A stretch of DNA of 64,000 nucleotides, taken from contig NW_003314359.1 of the NCBI RefSeq assembly GCF_000143415.4, forward strand, positions 467,477-531,476. The letters are read 5' to 3'. This stretch comes from Selaginella moellendorffii. Lineage: Eukaryota > Plantae > Lycopodiophyta. The stretch's first letter is position 1; each line of letters begins with the position of its first letter. The notes beneath the pieces were generated by a model, which did not search any database, was not told the DNA's origin, and worked only from the letters and a program-made list of their open reading frames with translations. Shown here one piece after another: positions 34,713 to 47,336 of this stretch. The position numbers were made by a program, and so were the translations under genes.

Positions 34713-36830
34713 ATGGAAATAGTCGCAAACAAGTACAAGCTTGGTCGGAAGCTTGGCAGTGGCTCGTTTGGGGAGATTTATTTGGGTAAGTGGCTCAGCT
34801 TGCGTGGATGAAGCTTCGAAACTTTTTTCTTTCTTTCTTTTTTTTCTTCTCCAAGGAACGCATGTACAAACTCATGAAGAAGTGGGTGTCAAATTGGTAA
34901 GCTTTTTGCTGTTCAAGGTCTCCGGGAGGAGTGCTCATTGTAAGTTCTCTTGCTCTTCAGGAAAATGCAAAAACAAGGAATCCACAGCTTCAATACGAAT
35001 CCAAAATTTACAAGAGTCTCCAAGGAGGAAGTACGTGATAATCAGAAGCCATCGTTCTTTAAAAGTCACCTTAAAGGAGTCGGATCTTTTTTCTGTCAGC
35101 TGGCATTCCCAGTTTGAGATGGTATGGGGTTGAGGGTGACTACAATGTGCTGGTGCTTGATTTTCTTGGCCCTAGCTTGGAAGATCTTTTCAACTTCTGC
35201 AACCGGAGGTTTTCGCTCAAGACGGTTCTAATGCTAGCGGACCAAATGGTAACGAGGCCGCATTTTTGTGTTTTCATCTTTGCTAAGGCTTTCTACTTTT
35301 GTGTAGATCTCGAGGCTGGAGTTCGTCCATTCCAAAAGCTTTCTTCACCGTGACGTGAAGCCTGATAACTTTTTAATGGGCCGAGGCAAGCGAGCAAACC
35401 AGGTGAGGCCTTGAGTTTTTCGCTTTAAGCAAGTTTTGGTGACTTCCCACGCTGCTTGCAGGTTTTCATCATCGATTTTGGGCTCGCCAAGAAGTATCGG
35501 GATCCAAACACTCACCAACATATCTCATACAGGTTAGCAAGTACGTTTTTCTCCCGTTTTCATTCATCTAGCTCGATGTTTGTTGATCGATACATGGTGG
35601 TGACGATATAGGGAGGACAAAAGCTTGACAGGGACTGCAAGATATGCCAGTATCAACACTCATATTGGCATTGGTACGTTCAGTTCCTCAGCACAGCTTT
35701 GTAACTCGGGTTCTTCCTCAGAGCAAAGCCGGAGGGATGACCTTGAGTCTCTTGGTTACGTTCTACTCTACTTCTTGAGGGGAAGGTGATCATAGCCTCT
35801 TACGCAGTTTCTGGAACTTATGCATTTGTTTGTGCGCTATAACAGTCTTCCTTGGCAAGGCCTGAAAGCAGGAAACAAGAAGCAGAAGTACGATAGGATC
35901 AGCTCAAAGAAGATCTCAACTCCCATTGAGGTTTGTCATTTGGTGCACGAGTTCACATGAATGACAAAAAACCATAGTTTGCAGGTTTTGTGCAAGTCAT
36001 GTCCAACGGAATTTATAACGTTTCTACACTATTGCCGGGCTCTTCGCTTCGAGGAAAAGCCAGACTACAATTACCTGAAGCGCCTGTTTCATGATCTCTT
36101 CATCCGAGAGGGTATCTAAGCTCTCTGTGCTCATAAATTCTGATTACAAGGCAATCTTTGATACTAGGATATCAATACGATTGTATGTTCGACTGGACCA
36201 TTTTGAAGAGGCAGCTCGCCACTGCACAGCAGCAATCTCCAGTAAGTTTACCAGTAAGCATGCATTGATCTTTCATCTTGCTCCTTTTCTCGTAAACTTA
36301 AATCCCTCCATTCCAGGCAACTGCCTTGGTGAACAAAGCTGAGAAGCCAGCAGGTAATTCTTCCTTTTTCTACAAAAACTGGATTTTGCTGACTAAACAA
36401 AGCTAGCAGCCGGAGCCGGCCAACAAGACGCTGCAAAGTCCCGGAACTTAACCTCTCCGGAGCCGCCAAAGAGGCGAATTCACGACTTGTGCACCAAAGA
36501 CAGCGTAAGTGATTACCATTGTCATTGTCATTTTTTTTTTCTAAATACATCGTTTCTCAGGCTGATGCAACCGGCGAGCTGTCCAAGCAATCGCTCACGA
36601 CATCTTCCAAGCAGAGGCTTTTGGCGTCGCCATTTAGCAAGGCCCAAGTTTACAAGCCGGGAGGGGTTCAAAACCCACTCCAAACAAGCAAGCTACAACT
36701 CAAGCTTCCCACGACCTCGGAGATGAAGAGACCATCCTCGAATCGCCACGCATCCACGATACGGAGCTATGAGGCCACCCTCAAAGGGATCGAAAGCCTG
36801 TCCTTTGAGGCACAGAAGAAAATCAAGTAG
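34713..36830 (+). CDS. Casein kinase I-like protein kinase, multi-exon
   Basis: [63 protein letters not shown]. Confidence 0.95.
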
Positions 36831-36903
36831 CTTCTTAATACTCGCTCCATATTGTTCTTCATGGTCATTCGATGCTAGCAAATATCTAGGGTTCTTGCGA
36901 TGG

Positions 36904-39584
36904 ATGGGAAGAGTTTGCTTGTTCCGCGGCTTGGCGACGGCAGCGATTCGATGCGCCGCACCAGCTTCGGCAGCGCCGCCGCGGGCGCCCGATCAGCAGG
37001 CGGCCGCGCTGGTGTCGGCGCTGAAGGTATGTGGCAGCATAAGGGATCTGCGCAAGGGCAAGGCGATCCACGCCCAGGCGGCGGAGAGCAGGCAGCTGGG
37101 GATCCATGTCGTCAATGCGCTGGTGGACATGTACGCGAAATGTGGCAGCATGGAGGATTCCCGCCGCGTGTTCGACAGCATTCTTCACCCAAACGTGATG
37201 TCCTGGAACGTTTTGATGCTGGGCTACGTCTCCAATGGCGAGAGCGATGTGGCTCTGGATCTCTTCGAGAGGATGCAAGCCAGGCGGTCGGGCTGCAAGC
37301 CAAACTCCAGGAGCTTCATGGCCGCGTCCAAGGCTTGTAGCAGCCTCGCGGCGAAGGAAGACGCTGTTTTGGTCGATGGGAAGCTCGTCAAAGAGGCTAG
37401 TCTCGAGACTGGCAGAGGCATCCATTCTCAAGCCAAGCAGATGGGACCATCTTGCAGCGAAGACGCTTTCCTCTCGAGCTCGCTGATCGATATGTACTCC
37501 AAGTGCGGCAGCATGCTCGATGCTCGATCGGTCTTCGATGAGATGCCACGGCGAGACGCGGTCTCCTGGAACGCTTTGATACTGGGCTACGTAGAGAATG
37601 GAGAAAGCGAGGTCGCTCTCGAGTTCTTTGGGAAGATGGACTGCTCGCCAAACTCTCGGACTTTCGTTGCTGCTGCCAAGGCCTGTGCGAATCTAGCAGT
37701 GAAAGAGGAGGCCACTCAAGAAGATGGAAAGATGGTGAAGACGAGGTGCCTGGAGAAGGGGCTCGCTGTTCACGCTGGAGCTATGGAAAGCCACTGCTGT
37801 GGAGATATTTTCGTGGGGAGTAGCCTCGTGGACATGTACTCGAAGTGTGGGAGCATGGCCGACGCGCGGATGGTTTTCGAGAGCATGCCTCGTCGTGATG
37901 TCGTGCTCTGGACGAGCTTGATGCAAGGCTTTGTGGACAACGGGGAAAGCGAGCTGGCTCTCGTGTTCTTCGAAGATATGAAGCTATCCGGGTGCTGTCC
38001 AAACTCTCGAACGTATGTTGCTGCGCTTGCCGCCTGTGCGAGCTCGGCAATGCGAGAAGAAGCGGTGAATGTCGACGGGAAACTCGTGAAGAGAAAGAGC
38101 TTGGAAACTGGGGTGGCTATCCAGGGTGAAGCTTCAAACAACAGGTGCTGTGCGGACGTATTCGTGGGGAACACACTGATCGATATGTACGCGAAGTGTG
38201 GGAAGCTAGAGGAAGCTCGCAAGGTCTTCGATGGCATGGCTGGCCGAGACGTGGTTTCGTGGAACGCAATGATCCAGGGATCTGTTGGAAGTGGAGACAG
38301 CAAGCTGGCCTTGGAGCTATTCTTCATCATGGCTCGGGAGAACGATCTGGACGAGAGAACGTTTATTGCTGCGCTCATGGCCTGCGTCCATCTTTCAGCG
38401 TCCGAACAACCTGTTATGGAAAGCTACTGCGAATCCAGAGCCTAGAAAAGGGGATGGAGATTCATTCTCTCGCCACGAAGTTTGGATGCTGTGAGCACAG
38501 ATTTGTCGGGAGCAGCTTGGTGGACATGTATGCCAAGTGTGGAGATATGGTGAAAGCTCGAGCAGTTTTCAAACGCATGCCTAGCCGGGACGTTGTCGTT
38601 TGGACGAGCTTGATCCAGGGATATGTAGACAACGGTGAGAGCGAGCTCGGGCTGGAACTCTTGGAGAGCATGGACTGTGCTCCAAACTCTCGGACTCTTG
38701 TAGCGGGACTTACAGCCTGTGGGGACGTTGGGTCCAGTGAAGCTGGAAGGAAAATCCAGGCTGAGCTTTACAGGCGTGGGCTGGAAGACGACCAAGTTGT
38801 GGGGACGTGCATGGTAAACTTCTACGGGAAGTGCGGATTTATGAGTGCGGCCGAGCACTTATTTGGATCTCTGGCAGTCCGAGATATCGTCGCCTGGAAT
38901 GCAATGATCACAGGATTCGGCCAACAGGGTGACACGTCGCGCGTTTTCGAAGCCTTTCGCGAGATGCGAGAAGATGGCGTGCGAGCAAACGCGATCACGT
39001 TTGTCTCGGTCATCACTGCTTGCAGCCACGGCGGCCTGGTTGAACGAGGCAGGGAGTTTTTCCAGGCAATGGACCCGGACTCTGGCATTGTTTGCGGGAT
39101 TCATCACTACAGCAGCTTGGTGGATCTCTTCGGGCGTGCAAACCGACTGGAAGAGGCCGTGAAAGTCCTCGAGAGCATGCCTTTGAGAGCGGATGCTGTG
39201 GTTTGGAGGAGCGTCCTCGGGGCCTGCCGTAAGTGGAAGAACGTGGAAGTGGGGAGGATTGCGTTCGAGGCACTGACGAAGATCGACGAGAAAGACTCGG
39301 CTGCGTACGTTCTGATGGCGAGCATCTACCAGAGCGCGGGGCTGTGGGAGTATCATGATAAGCTCAAGACTATACAGGAGGCGGCCTTGAAAGCGGATAG
39401 GAAGAGTTTAAGGATTCAGATTGATCTTCATCAAGCGGTCACACGCTCGATGGTGATGGATTACGAACTGGAAGCTAGAAAGGACGGCAGGAACATGGTG
39501 GACGAGCTGCCAGCATCCACCGAGCTGGGAACCAGCTTTGTGGGTTGCCGCAAAGTACACAGGAAAGTCCAGAAGAACGCGTAG
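36904..39584 (+). pseudogene. PLS-class PPR-E gene split by a 1-bp deletion frameshift near 38415 (pseudogene or sequencing error)
   Basis: Two long PPR ORFs in different frames (36769-38445 and 38145-39584); restoring one G regenerates the repeated VDGKL..SLEKG motif. Confidence 0.8.
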
Positions 39585-41623
39585 AAGAAGGCTGCCACGA
39601 AGATGGCGACGCTGACAAGTGTTGTCACGCCTCCTTGGTCCTGTTCGCTACCACCTTGCCCGTCTCTTCTAGGCCTATGCGGCCGCGTAGCAGTGCTCGA
39701 ACAGGTGTTGATCAGTGGCAAGTCACAGAGCTGGTTCCCAGCGAAGAGAGCCGCGTCCATGGACGAGAGTTGCGGGCTGTCAGGTATCCGTCCCACCAGG
39801 CTGTTGTTGGAGACGTCGAAGGTGGTGAGAAACGAGAGGTCTGCCACGGACGATGGTATGGAGCCATTCAGACGATTGCTCGCGAGCGCCACCCTGGAGA
39901 GATTCCTTGCGTTTCCCAGGGACTCGGGAATGGGACCGGTTAACCGGTTGTGGCTCAGGTCCAGCACCTGGAGATTGTAGAGGTCGCCGATGGCCGCCGG
40001 AATGCTTCCACTCAGCTGGTTGGAGGAGAAGTCCATGGTTGTCGGGAAGGCGAAGCCAGCGTAGATGAGGCTTTGCGCGTGAACCAGCGGGGTGGTGGTG
40101 GTCATGTTGTAGAGCTGGACGTTGGCAAACAGTCGGCCGATGCTTGCCGGTATCTCGCCTGAGAACCTGTTAAGCGAGAAGTCCATGGCTCGTAAGTTCC
40201 TGAGCCGGGGAAGCCAGTCCGGGATGGAGCCGCTGAAGCTGTTGTCCGAGAGGAAGAGGAACTGCAATGTCAAGACATTTTGGAGCATGGCTGGGACTTC
40301 TCCAGAGAGGTCGTTCGATCCAACGTCGAGGCCGATCAGTGAGCTCATCTTGCCGTAGGAGGCTGGGATTGAACCGATAAGATTGTTGCCGGAAAGCGAC
40401 AGGAGGAGCAGGCGGCTCAAATTTCCAAAGCTGTCAGGGAGATTTCCAGAGAATTTGTTCTGTTCCAGATAGAGGGTGACGAGCTCCGTGCAGTTGGAGA
40501 GTCCGGAAGGGAGCTCCCCACCGATGTCGTTGCCGTCAAGAGTTAGCTGCTGGAGATGCGAGAGCTTCGAGAGCTCGCCTGGGATGGTTCCAGTCAAGTC
40601 ATTGTTGTTGAGCCATATCTCTCTGATGTTTGAGCAGTTTCCAAGCTCCGGAGGTATAGAGCCACTGAAACGATTTCTCGTGAGAACCAGCAGCCTCAAG
40701 TTCGTCAAGCTTCCCACCCTCGCTGGTACCGTCCCGTTAAACAAGTTTCGCAAGAGGTGCAAAGTCTCGATGCTCGCAAAGTCGCCATCTTCCAGCTCCA
40801 GTGGCCCGGAGAGAAAGTTGTTTCCAGCGCTTAAAACCGAGAGTTTGCGTAGCCTTCGCAAGCTCGGTGGCAAACCACCCTGGAGCGAATTGCTGGAGAT
40901 ATCCAAGTACCTGAGCTCCAAGTTCTTGCTCCAGATATCGGGTAGATCTCCGCTAAACTTGTTATACGATATGTCCAGGCGCATCAAGTTCGACATCTCC
41001 CCGAAAGTCTCTGGAATGGAGCCGCTGAGTCCGTTGTGCGAGAGCTCCAGTGCCTCCAGTCCCAAGTTACCACCAATGGAGACGCTCCCAGTCAAGTTGT
41101 TCATGGACAGGTTGAGCGATCGCAGCGTGGAGCTAAGCTTTGGAACTCTAGCCACTCCCAAGAAGTTCCCACTGAGGTCCAAGCTTTCCATGCTCTCGAG
41201 GCTGGAGAGGTTTGCTGGGACCTCTCGCAGAGAATTGGAGCTCAAGTTGAGGAGCTTGAGCTGCGTGTTCTTGCAACCAGCCACCTCCAGCGAGAAGATG
41301 TTGTTTTGCGAGAGGTCCAAGCGAGCCAGCGATGGAAGCTCGTCCCAGATGGAAGGAAGAACTCCCAAGAGATTAAACCTGGACAGGGTGAGGGCTTCCA
41401 CTCGGTTGTCCGAGCTCCACTCCACACCCCGCCATGCTCCTGGATTGGCGGTCTCCTTCCACACTTTGATGCCAAGCCTGTCCCCGAGAGAGAGCAGAGC
41501 CTGTGTGTCGTTGACGATCCCGGATGGATTCGTGGGGCACTGTGACCGAGATGTTGCGAGAAAGACGAGTAGAAACAAACCCAGCAGCAAATCCGTGAGA
41601 GACATGGCCGATACTTTATTCAA
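39461..41623 (-). CDS. LRR receptor-like protein (no kinase), intronless
   Basis: Signal peptide, about 20 plant-type LxxLxLxxNxLxGxIP repeats, island-like segment before the last LRRs, GNQLC cap, TM helix, short tail. Confidence 0.92.
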   Translation of the reverse strand: MNKVSAMSLTDLLLGLFLLVFLATSRSQCPTNPSGIVNDTQALLSLGDRLGIKVWKETANPGAWRGVEWSSDNRVEALTLSRFNLLGVLPSIWDELPSLARLDLSQNNIFSLEVAGCKNTQLKLLNLSSNSLREVPANLSSLESMESLDLSGNFLGVARVPKLSSTLRSLNLSMNNLTGSVSIGGNLGLEALELSHNGLSGSIPETFGEMSNLMRLDISYNKFSGDLPDIWSKNLELRYLDISSNSLQGGLPPSLRRLRKLSVLSAGNNFLSGPLELEDGDFASIETLHLLRNLFNGTVPARVGSLTNLRLLVLTRNRFSGSIPPELGNCSNIREIWLNNNDLTGTIPGELSKLSHLQQLTLDGNDIGGELPSGLSNCTELVTLYLEQNKFSGNLPDSFGNLSRLLLLSLSGNNLIGSIPASYGKMSSLIGLDVGSNDLSGEVPAMLQNVLTLQFLFLSDNSFSGSIPDWLPRLRNLRAMDFSLNRFSGEIPASIGRLFANVQLYNMTTTTPLVHAQSLIYAGFAFPTTMDFSSNQLSGSIPAAIGDLYNLQVLDLSHNRLTGPIPESLGNARNLSRVALASNRLNGSIPSSVADLSFLTTFDVSNNSLVGRIPDSPQLSSMDAALFAGNQLCDLPLINTCSSTATRPHRPRRDGQGGSEQDQGGVTTLVSVAIFVAAFFYAFFWTFLCTLRQPTKLVPSSVDAGSSSTMFLPSFLASSS

Positions 41624-42333
41624 ACCAACTTAATCTTTCATGTTCTAGTAATCCATTCATCCAGAGTGCAGTCGTCGATAAAAGACCAGGAAACTCCACA
41701 AGCTATCATCAAAGATGAACGCTCAGGAATATAGAATCTGGACTTGGAACTTCTTTTGATTCGGACCATGACCACCAGTTGGATGGACTGGACCGACTGA
41801 TGTTCAAAGAAAACCAAGTCAACGAGAATCTAGAAAACAACATGCGCTGCATTTCCAAGCGCTTTGAAACATCAAAACTGGAAGAAACTTATCCTCGTTA
41901 CGAATCATTTCATCTTTCGAGCGTATTAGTGCTTTCAAGCCGGGATTTGTCTAGATTTTCCAAGTCAAGCAGGCTGGAGTGAATCGCAGTATGGGACCAG
42001 CCAACTTGGATCAAGCGGTCATAGTTCAGCAGCGATCCCCGATGAGCTTCAAACATCTATGTGACACCAACCGGTCCTCCATCCATACATTTTAATTTTT
42101 TAGGCACTACATCAATTTTCAACTCAGTCATAATTTTCAGTCTTCCTAAGTCAAATTTTTATATGTTGTTACGTTCATACAATAAAATTAGCATATGTAC
42201 TGAAAATATATTCGGGAAATGTGAAAAGAAGATAACTTATAACAAAGGCACAAAGTAACAAACAAAAGTCTAAAACTTTCAATTTTCAAAAGCTGGAAAT
42301 ATTGTCTAGTTGAAAAGTAATAGTTCAATTCAA

Positions 42334-45176
42334 CTACCAAGAATCACCACATGAGCATTCTTCTTTCCTACCGTCAAATACATGAATAACACTTGTGTCT
42401 CTCACAATTATCCTTCTCCCTTCCAATTTTGCAATGGCCTTACAGACCCTGTGGCAGCCCTCACACATTCTCATATTGTTTACAATTCTGACGGTAGCAT
42501 TTTTGCTTGTGCTGATCAAGGCAAAAACTACTGCCAATCTTTCACTGTGAGCTTCCGCATCGTCATCGTCTTCCTCAACCTTCGTAAGTTTCTTATGCTT
42601 ACTCTTTATCCTTGCATGCAAGCTCTTCAATTTCACCAAGATATCTTCACTTCGAGGATGAGAAACAACATCCCCAACCACAAAACTATGTGTCTTATCA
42701 GCACCGTCGACCCAAAAGCTCTCCCCAGCCTTTTTCCAAGCCCCCGCCAACTTTCTCGTCCTCTCGACTTGCTCCTGCTTGTCCTCCATCCCCACAGTCC
42801 GATAGATCTGGGCCATCAACACATACGGGATCGAGTTCGTCGGGTCCAGCCCCACCAGGGCCTCAAACGCAACCTTCCCAAACTCCACACTTCCCCACTT
42901 GCGGCAGGCGCTCAACACGGCCGTCCACACCGCCACATCGGGCTCGTACGGCATCGCACGGACCATGTCCACGGCCTCCCCGATCAAACCGGCCCGGCCG
43001 AGAAGATCCACCATGCAACCATAATGTTCCAGCGTGGGGGTTATTCCGTACACCTTGGCCATTGTATGGAAGTAGGCCTTGCCCCTGGCAACCAATCCGC
43101 CCCGGCTGCAAGCTCGCAGCACACAGACAAGAGTGACTTTATCCACCCCGACATTCTCGTCCACCATCTTGTCGAAAACATCACAAGCCCGGGAGCTGTC
43201 TCCCTGCTGGGAGTAGGCCGACAGAAGCGCATTCCGTGCAGCCGTGTCTTTGACTGGCATCTCATTAAACGCCCTCTCCGCTTCCTCTATGTCTCCACAC
43301 TTGGCGTAGAAGTTTATCACGCTGGTGGCTGCCAGGAACGGATCATGGCCGCCGCCGCCTTTTTGGAGCAGCTTCGCGCCACCTTGATCCTCCAGGATGA
43401 TCGCCCGTCCGGCGTCGAGCGCCATTAAGTTGCCGCAGGCCATGAGCGCGGCCACCAGCGTGATGGAGTTTGCTTGGCAGCTTGATCTCGTCATCTGGCG
43501 ATAGAGGTCAAGAGCCAACGCACTCTCGCCGTTCTCAGCGTATCCCAGGAGCATCGCATTCCAGGTTGCTACCGTGCGTGATCCGAGATCGATGCCATCA
43601 AACACTGCTCGAGCCTCTGAGGTGCTGCCGCAGCTCGAGTACATGTCGACCAGGGTGGTTTGCACGTAAATGTCGAGCAGTCTTTCCGGGTCCTGGAGAG
43701 CCTGCGAGTGGAAATCTTGTCCTAGCTTCAAGAACTTTGGCTTGTCAGCGGGATTCTTCTTGGCGCAGCGAGCGCAGGCAGCCAGTCCAGCAACCAGCGT
43801 CCGAGAGTCTGGTATCACACAACTCCGAACAAGCTCTAGAGCGGACTCGCTCTCTTCGTTGTCAACGTAGCCGAGCATGAGCGAGTTGACAGTCACTGTG
43901 TCCGGGCTCACCATCTGGTCGAAAACAGCCCGAGCTTCGGTCATGCTGCCGCACTTGGAGTACATGCTGACGAGCGTGCTCTCCACAAAACTGTTGATCA
44001 AGCCGCTCTTTCGAGCTCGAGCATGAAGCTCTCGACCTTTGTCCAGTATCTCCTTCGAACTTCCAGTGGCGGCAAGCTTCGCACACGCCATGAGTGCCGC
44101 CACCAAAACTTTGGCATCCACAACACAGCTCCTGTCCTCCTTCATCCTCTCAAACAGCTCCAAAGCCAGAAGATCTTCGCCATTCTCGACATAGCCGAGC
44201 ATGAGAGCCGTCCACGAGACTGCGTTGCGCTCTTTCATCTCGTCAAAAACGTTGCGAGCTTGCGCCATGCTCCCACACTTTGCGTACATGTCCACCATCG
44301 TGCTCGCTACGTACAAGTCGGAGACAAAGCCACGCTTCGCCGCTGCGGCATGCAAAGCCATGCCCCTCTCCAAGCACCGCTTCTTGACAAGCTTGCCGAG
44401 GACCGGATCCTTTCCTTCCCGAGCAGCCAAGCCGGCACAGGCCTTGAGCGCGAAGACAAAGCTCCGCGCGTCCGGCTCGCAGTCCATGGCGTCAAAGAGC
44501 CGTAACGCAGCGTCACTGTCCCCGGCCGTGACGTATCCCAGGATCAACGAGTTCCAGGTGAAAACGTCGTGCTGCGGCATGCCGTCAAAGAGCTGCTGCG
44601 CGAGCGGCATGCTGCCACACCTCCCATACATGGCGATCAGGCTACACGCCATGAAAGGATTGGAGACGAGGCCACACTCGTCCGCCTGCCGGTGAAGCTC
44701 CTTCCCCGTGGATAAATGCGTGGAGCTTCGGCAGGATTTGAGGGCAGCGAGTACGCTGGCTGCTGTCACTCCAGATGCATCGCGTTTCTGCGAGGAGCAT
44801 GGGAGTGTACTTACTGGTTGTGCGAGCTGGAGAGAAGAGCTTCCATGGTTGGTTTCGATCTCTCTCTTTTTGTATTGTGCTCTTCCAGATTGTCCCGCGG
44901 CCAGAGTTTTCAGCGAGGCGAGCTTGCTGTGGACCCATTCCGGGCACTCCCTGGCGTTGAGCCACAAGCACTCGCCGGTGGTGGAATGCTTGAAGTCTGG
45001 AAACTTGGGCCACTGTACAGACGAAGATCTAAGAAAAAGAAGAGGAAGATCACAAAAGTTCGTAGCATTCTTACGTTTTTAGCGCGATTGTCCCACCAAA
45101 GAGAAGGATCTGCGAAGAACTCGTGCCATGCCTGCTCTACTCGCTTTTCTATCGGGAGGAGCCGCTTAAAGACCAT
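42334..45176 (-). CDS. PLS-PPR-E-DYW-type RNA editing factor with N-terminal OSB-type PDF motif (one intron, ~45011-45074)
   Basis: WWDNRAKN|WPKFPDFKHSTTGECLWLN..PEWV, PPR array, HSERLA, CEGCH, terminal CSCGDSW. Confidence 0.88.
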
Positions 45177-45403
45177 CTGACCGAATAGGGTTCTTTGTGT
45201 AAGTTTATATTGGTCATATATCAAAGGACAAAAGAAGAGTCTCATCTCAAACCAATGAATGGAGTCACTCGCTTGCATTGTCCACGCGATGAACCGTTGC
45301 CAGGATTATTTCCTTGGAATCAAATCGATAACATGGGAGCTTGCCTTGCGAGTTTGGAGAAGTAAAAACAAAAAGAATTTATTGCAGCTGCTGAAAGTGT
45401 CTC

Positions 45404-47269
45404 TTACTCTGCAGCGAGAGGAATGAGCTCCGAAAACACGGGGAAAATCAAAGGAGAACTTACCGGGCTTGTATAAGATTGTGGTCTCGGCGATCATCGA
45501 GGTAACGATGTATGGATCCATGTTGGAAGCTGGGCGCCTATCCTCGAAATATCCTGTGCCAGGAAAAAGGAGCACACAGTCAACAATCTCAGCCTGGATC
45601 CTGCAGATGGAATATTGACTGGAAAAAGAAAAAAAACAATGCGGAAAGTCTAGCAAATGCCTACTGCGTGATACGTACCTTTCCCATCTTTCTCAGTATC
45701 GCGACCAACGCGGACAGACGCGCCACGATTCGCAACGCCCTGGAGTAAAAGTTTTGAGCTTTGAATGGAACAAAAAAAAGAGAGAACTTTCGTACCCAGG
45801 AGAAGGAGTGAATGCTCGCTGTCTCGTGCCTGCCAGTGAGTCTTCTGTCGTTGCCTTCGCCGTAGGCCGAGATGTGCTCCTTGTGCCTCAGTCCAAGCTT
45901 CTCGATGGCACTCTTTATGACCTCGTAGCCTCCCTCTTCACGCATCGACTTGGTGCTGTTCATCGAAAGTCAAGCGTCGAGACAAAAGAATAACAAACAA
46001 CGACGCATACCTGTAGTTCGTGTGGGCACCCGCCCCATTCCAATCTCCTTCGATTGGTTTCGGGTCAAATGAGAGGACCACCCCTGCAATCTCGGTGATC
46101 CTCTGAAAAAACAAAGACAGCGTTTGTTAACGATCTCCACAGGATTTTAAGTTTCACCTCGAGGATGTATCGTGCGGCCCAGAGTTGATCGCCGGCCGAG
46201 ATCCCCTCGACGGGGCCAACCTGAAACTCCCACTGGCCAACACAACAAAACGAGCGATAAGAGCTTGAACGAGAAAAAACGAATGCTTCCGAAGCTCTTA
46301 CTTGACCCGGCATGACTTCCCCGTTGATGCCGCTGATCTTGACTCCTGCGTATAGGCAAGCCTTGTAGTGAGCGTTCACAATGTCTCTGCCCCAGGCTTT
46401 GTCAGCACCAGTTCCACAGTAGTATGGTCCCTGAAGAAACAAAATATCAGTTGAGGCAAAGGAGGAGGAAATGGATTGATTGTGATCGCACCTGAGCTCC
46501 TGGATATCCGTTAATCGGCCAGCCCAAAGGCCACTTCACATCCTTCTGAAGGAGCGTGTATTCTTGCTCAATCCCGTACCTTCAAAATGGAGACGAAGTG
46601 GAAATCACAACAGACCTTTCAGCTGGAAGAGAAAACTTTACCATGTCTCCTCTTTTGCAACGTCCGGGTGGCTGAAGATCTTCGCAGCAGCAGCCCTCTT
46701 GTTCGAAGGGATTGGCTCGCCGGTCGGTGTGTAGGCATCGCAGATCACCTGACCAAGGAACCAGTGGATATAATCTCAGACAAGAGCAAAGAGAAAACTC
46801 ACGAGGATGTTGTTGCCTCTCCTGAATGGATCATTGAATTTCGCCTGGGGACTGGAGACAAACAGAGTTTTAGAACTTATCCTCGAGAGCAAACGAGCAA
46901 AACGTACTAGAGAATGACTTCACTGTCCTCCCCAGGAGCCTGGCCCGTGCTGGAGCCATCGAAATTCCACTTTGGGATCTGCTTTAGATCTTCCACCTTT
47001 GGGACATCCAAGGTCTGGAGGAGAAGAAGCACAGTGAGCAAGCTCACACAACAAGAAGATCCACCAATGCCGGCTGCCGGCCGCTCACCCTGGCTTTGCT
47101 CCGGAGATCCATCCCCGATCCGCCGATCCTGCCAACAAAATCCAAGAATCTCAGCAAGAACGAGAGCACGGGGAGCTGGCATTGTCCGAGCGACGCACCA
47201 TATGTACTCCGCGATCACCTTCTTGCTGCCCGAGATGTCAAGATCGACGAGATCCGTGAGACGCGACAT
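45404..47269 (-). CDS. GLN1: Cytosolic-type glutamine synthetase (GS1)
   Basis: [71 protein letters not shown]; no transit peptide. Confidence 0.96.
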
Positions 47270-47300
47270 GGTCGATCGCTCCCCACGAAAACCTAGAAAT

Positions 47301-47336
<36 letters not shown>

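Noticed and set aside
40476-41633. Long antisense ORFs (385 aa here; also 25977-26801 and 42382-43428)
   Set aside because: Shadow ORFs of GC-rich intronless genes on the opposite strand
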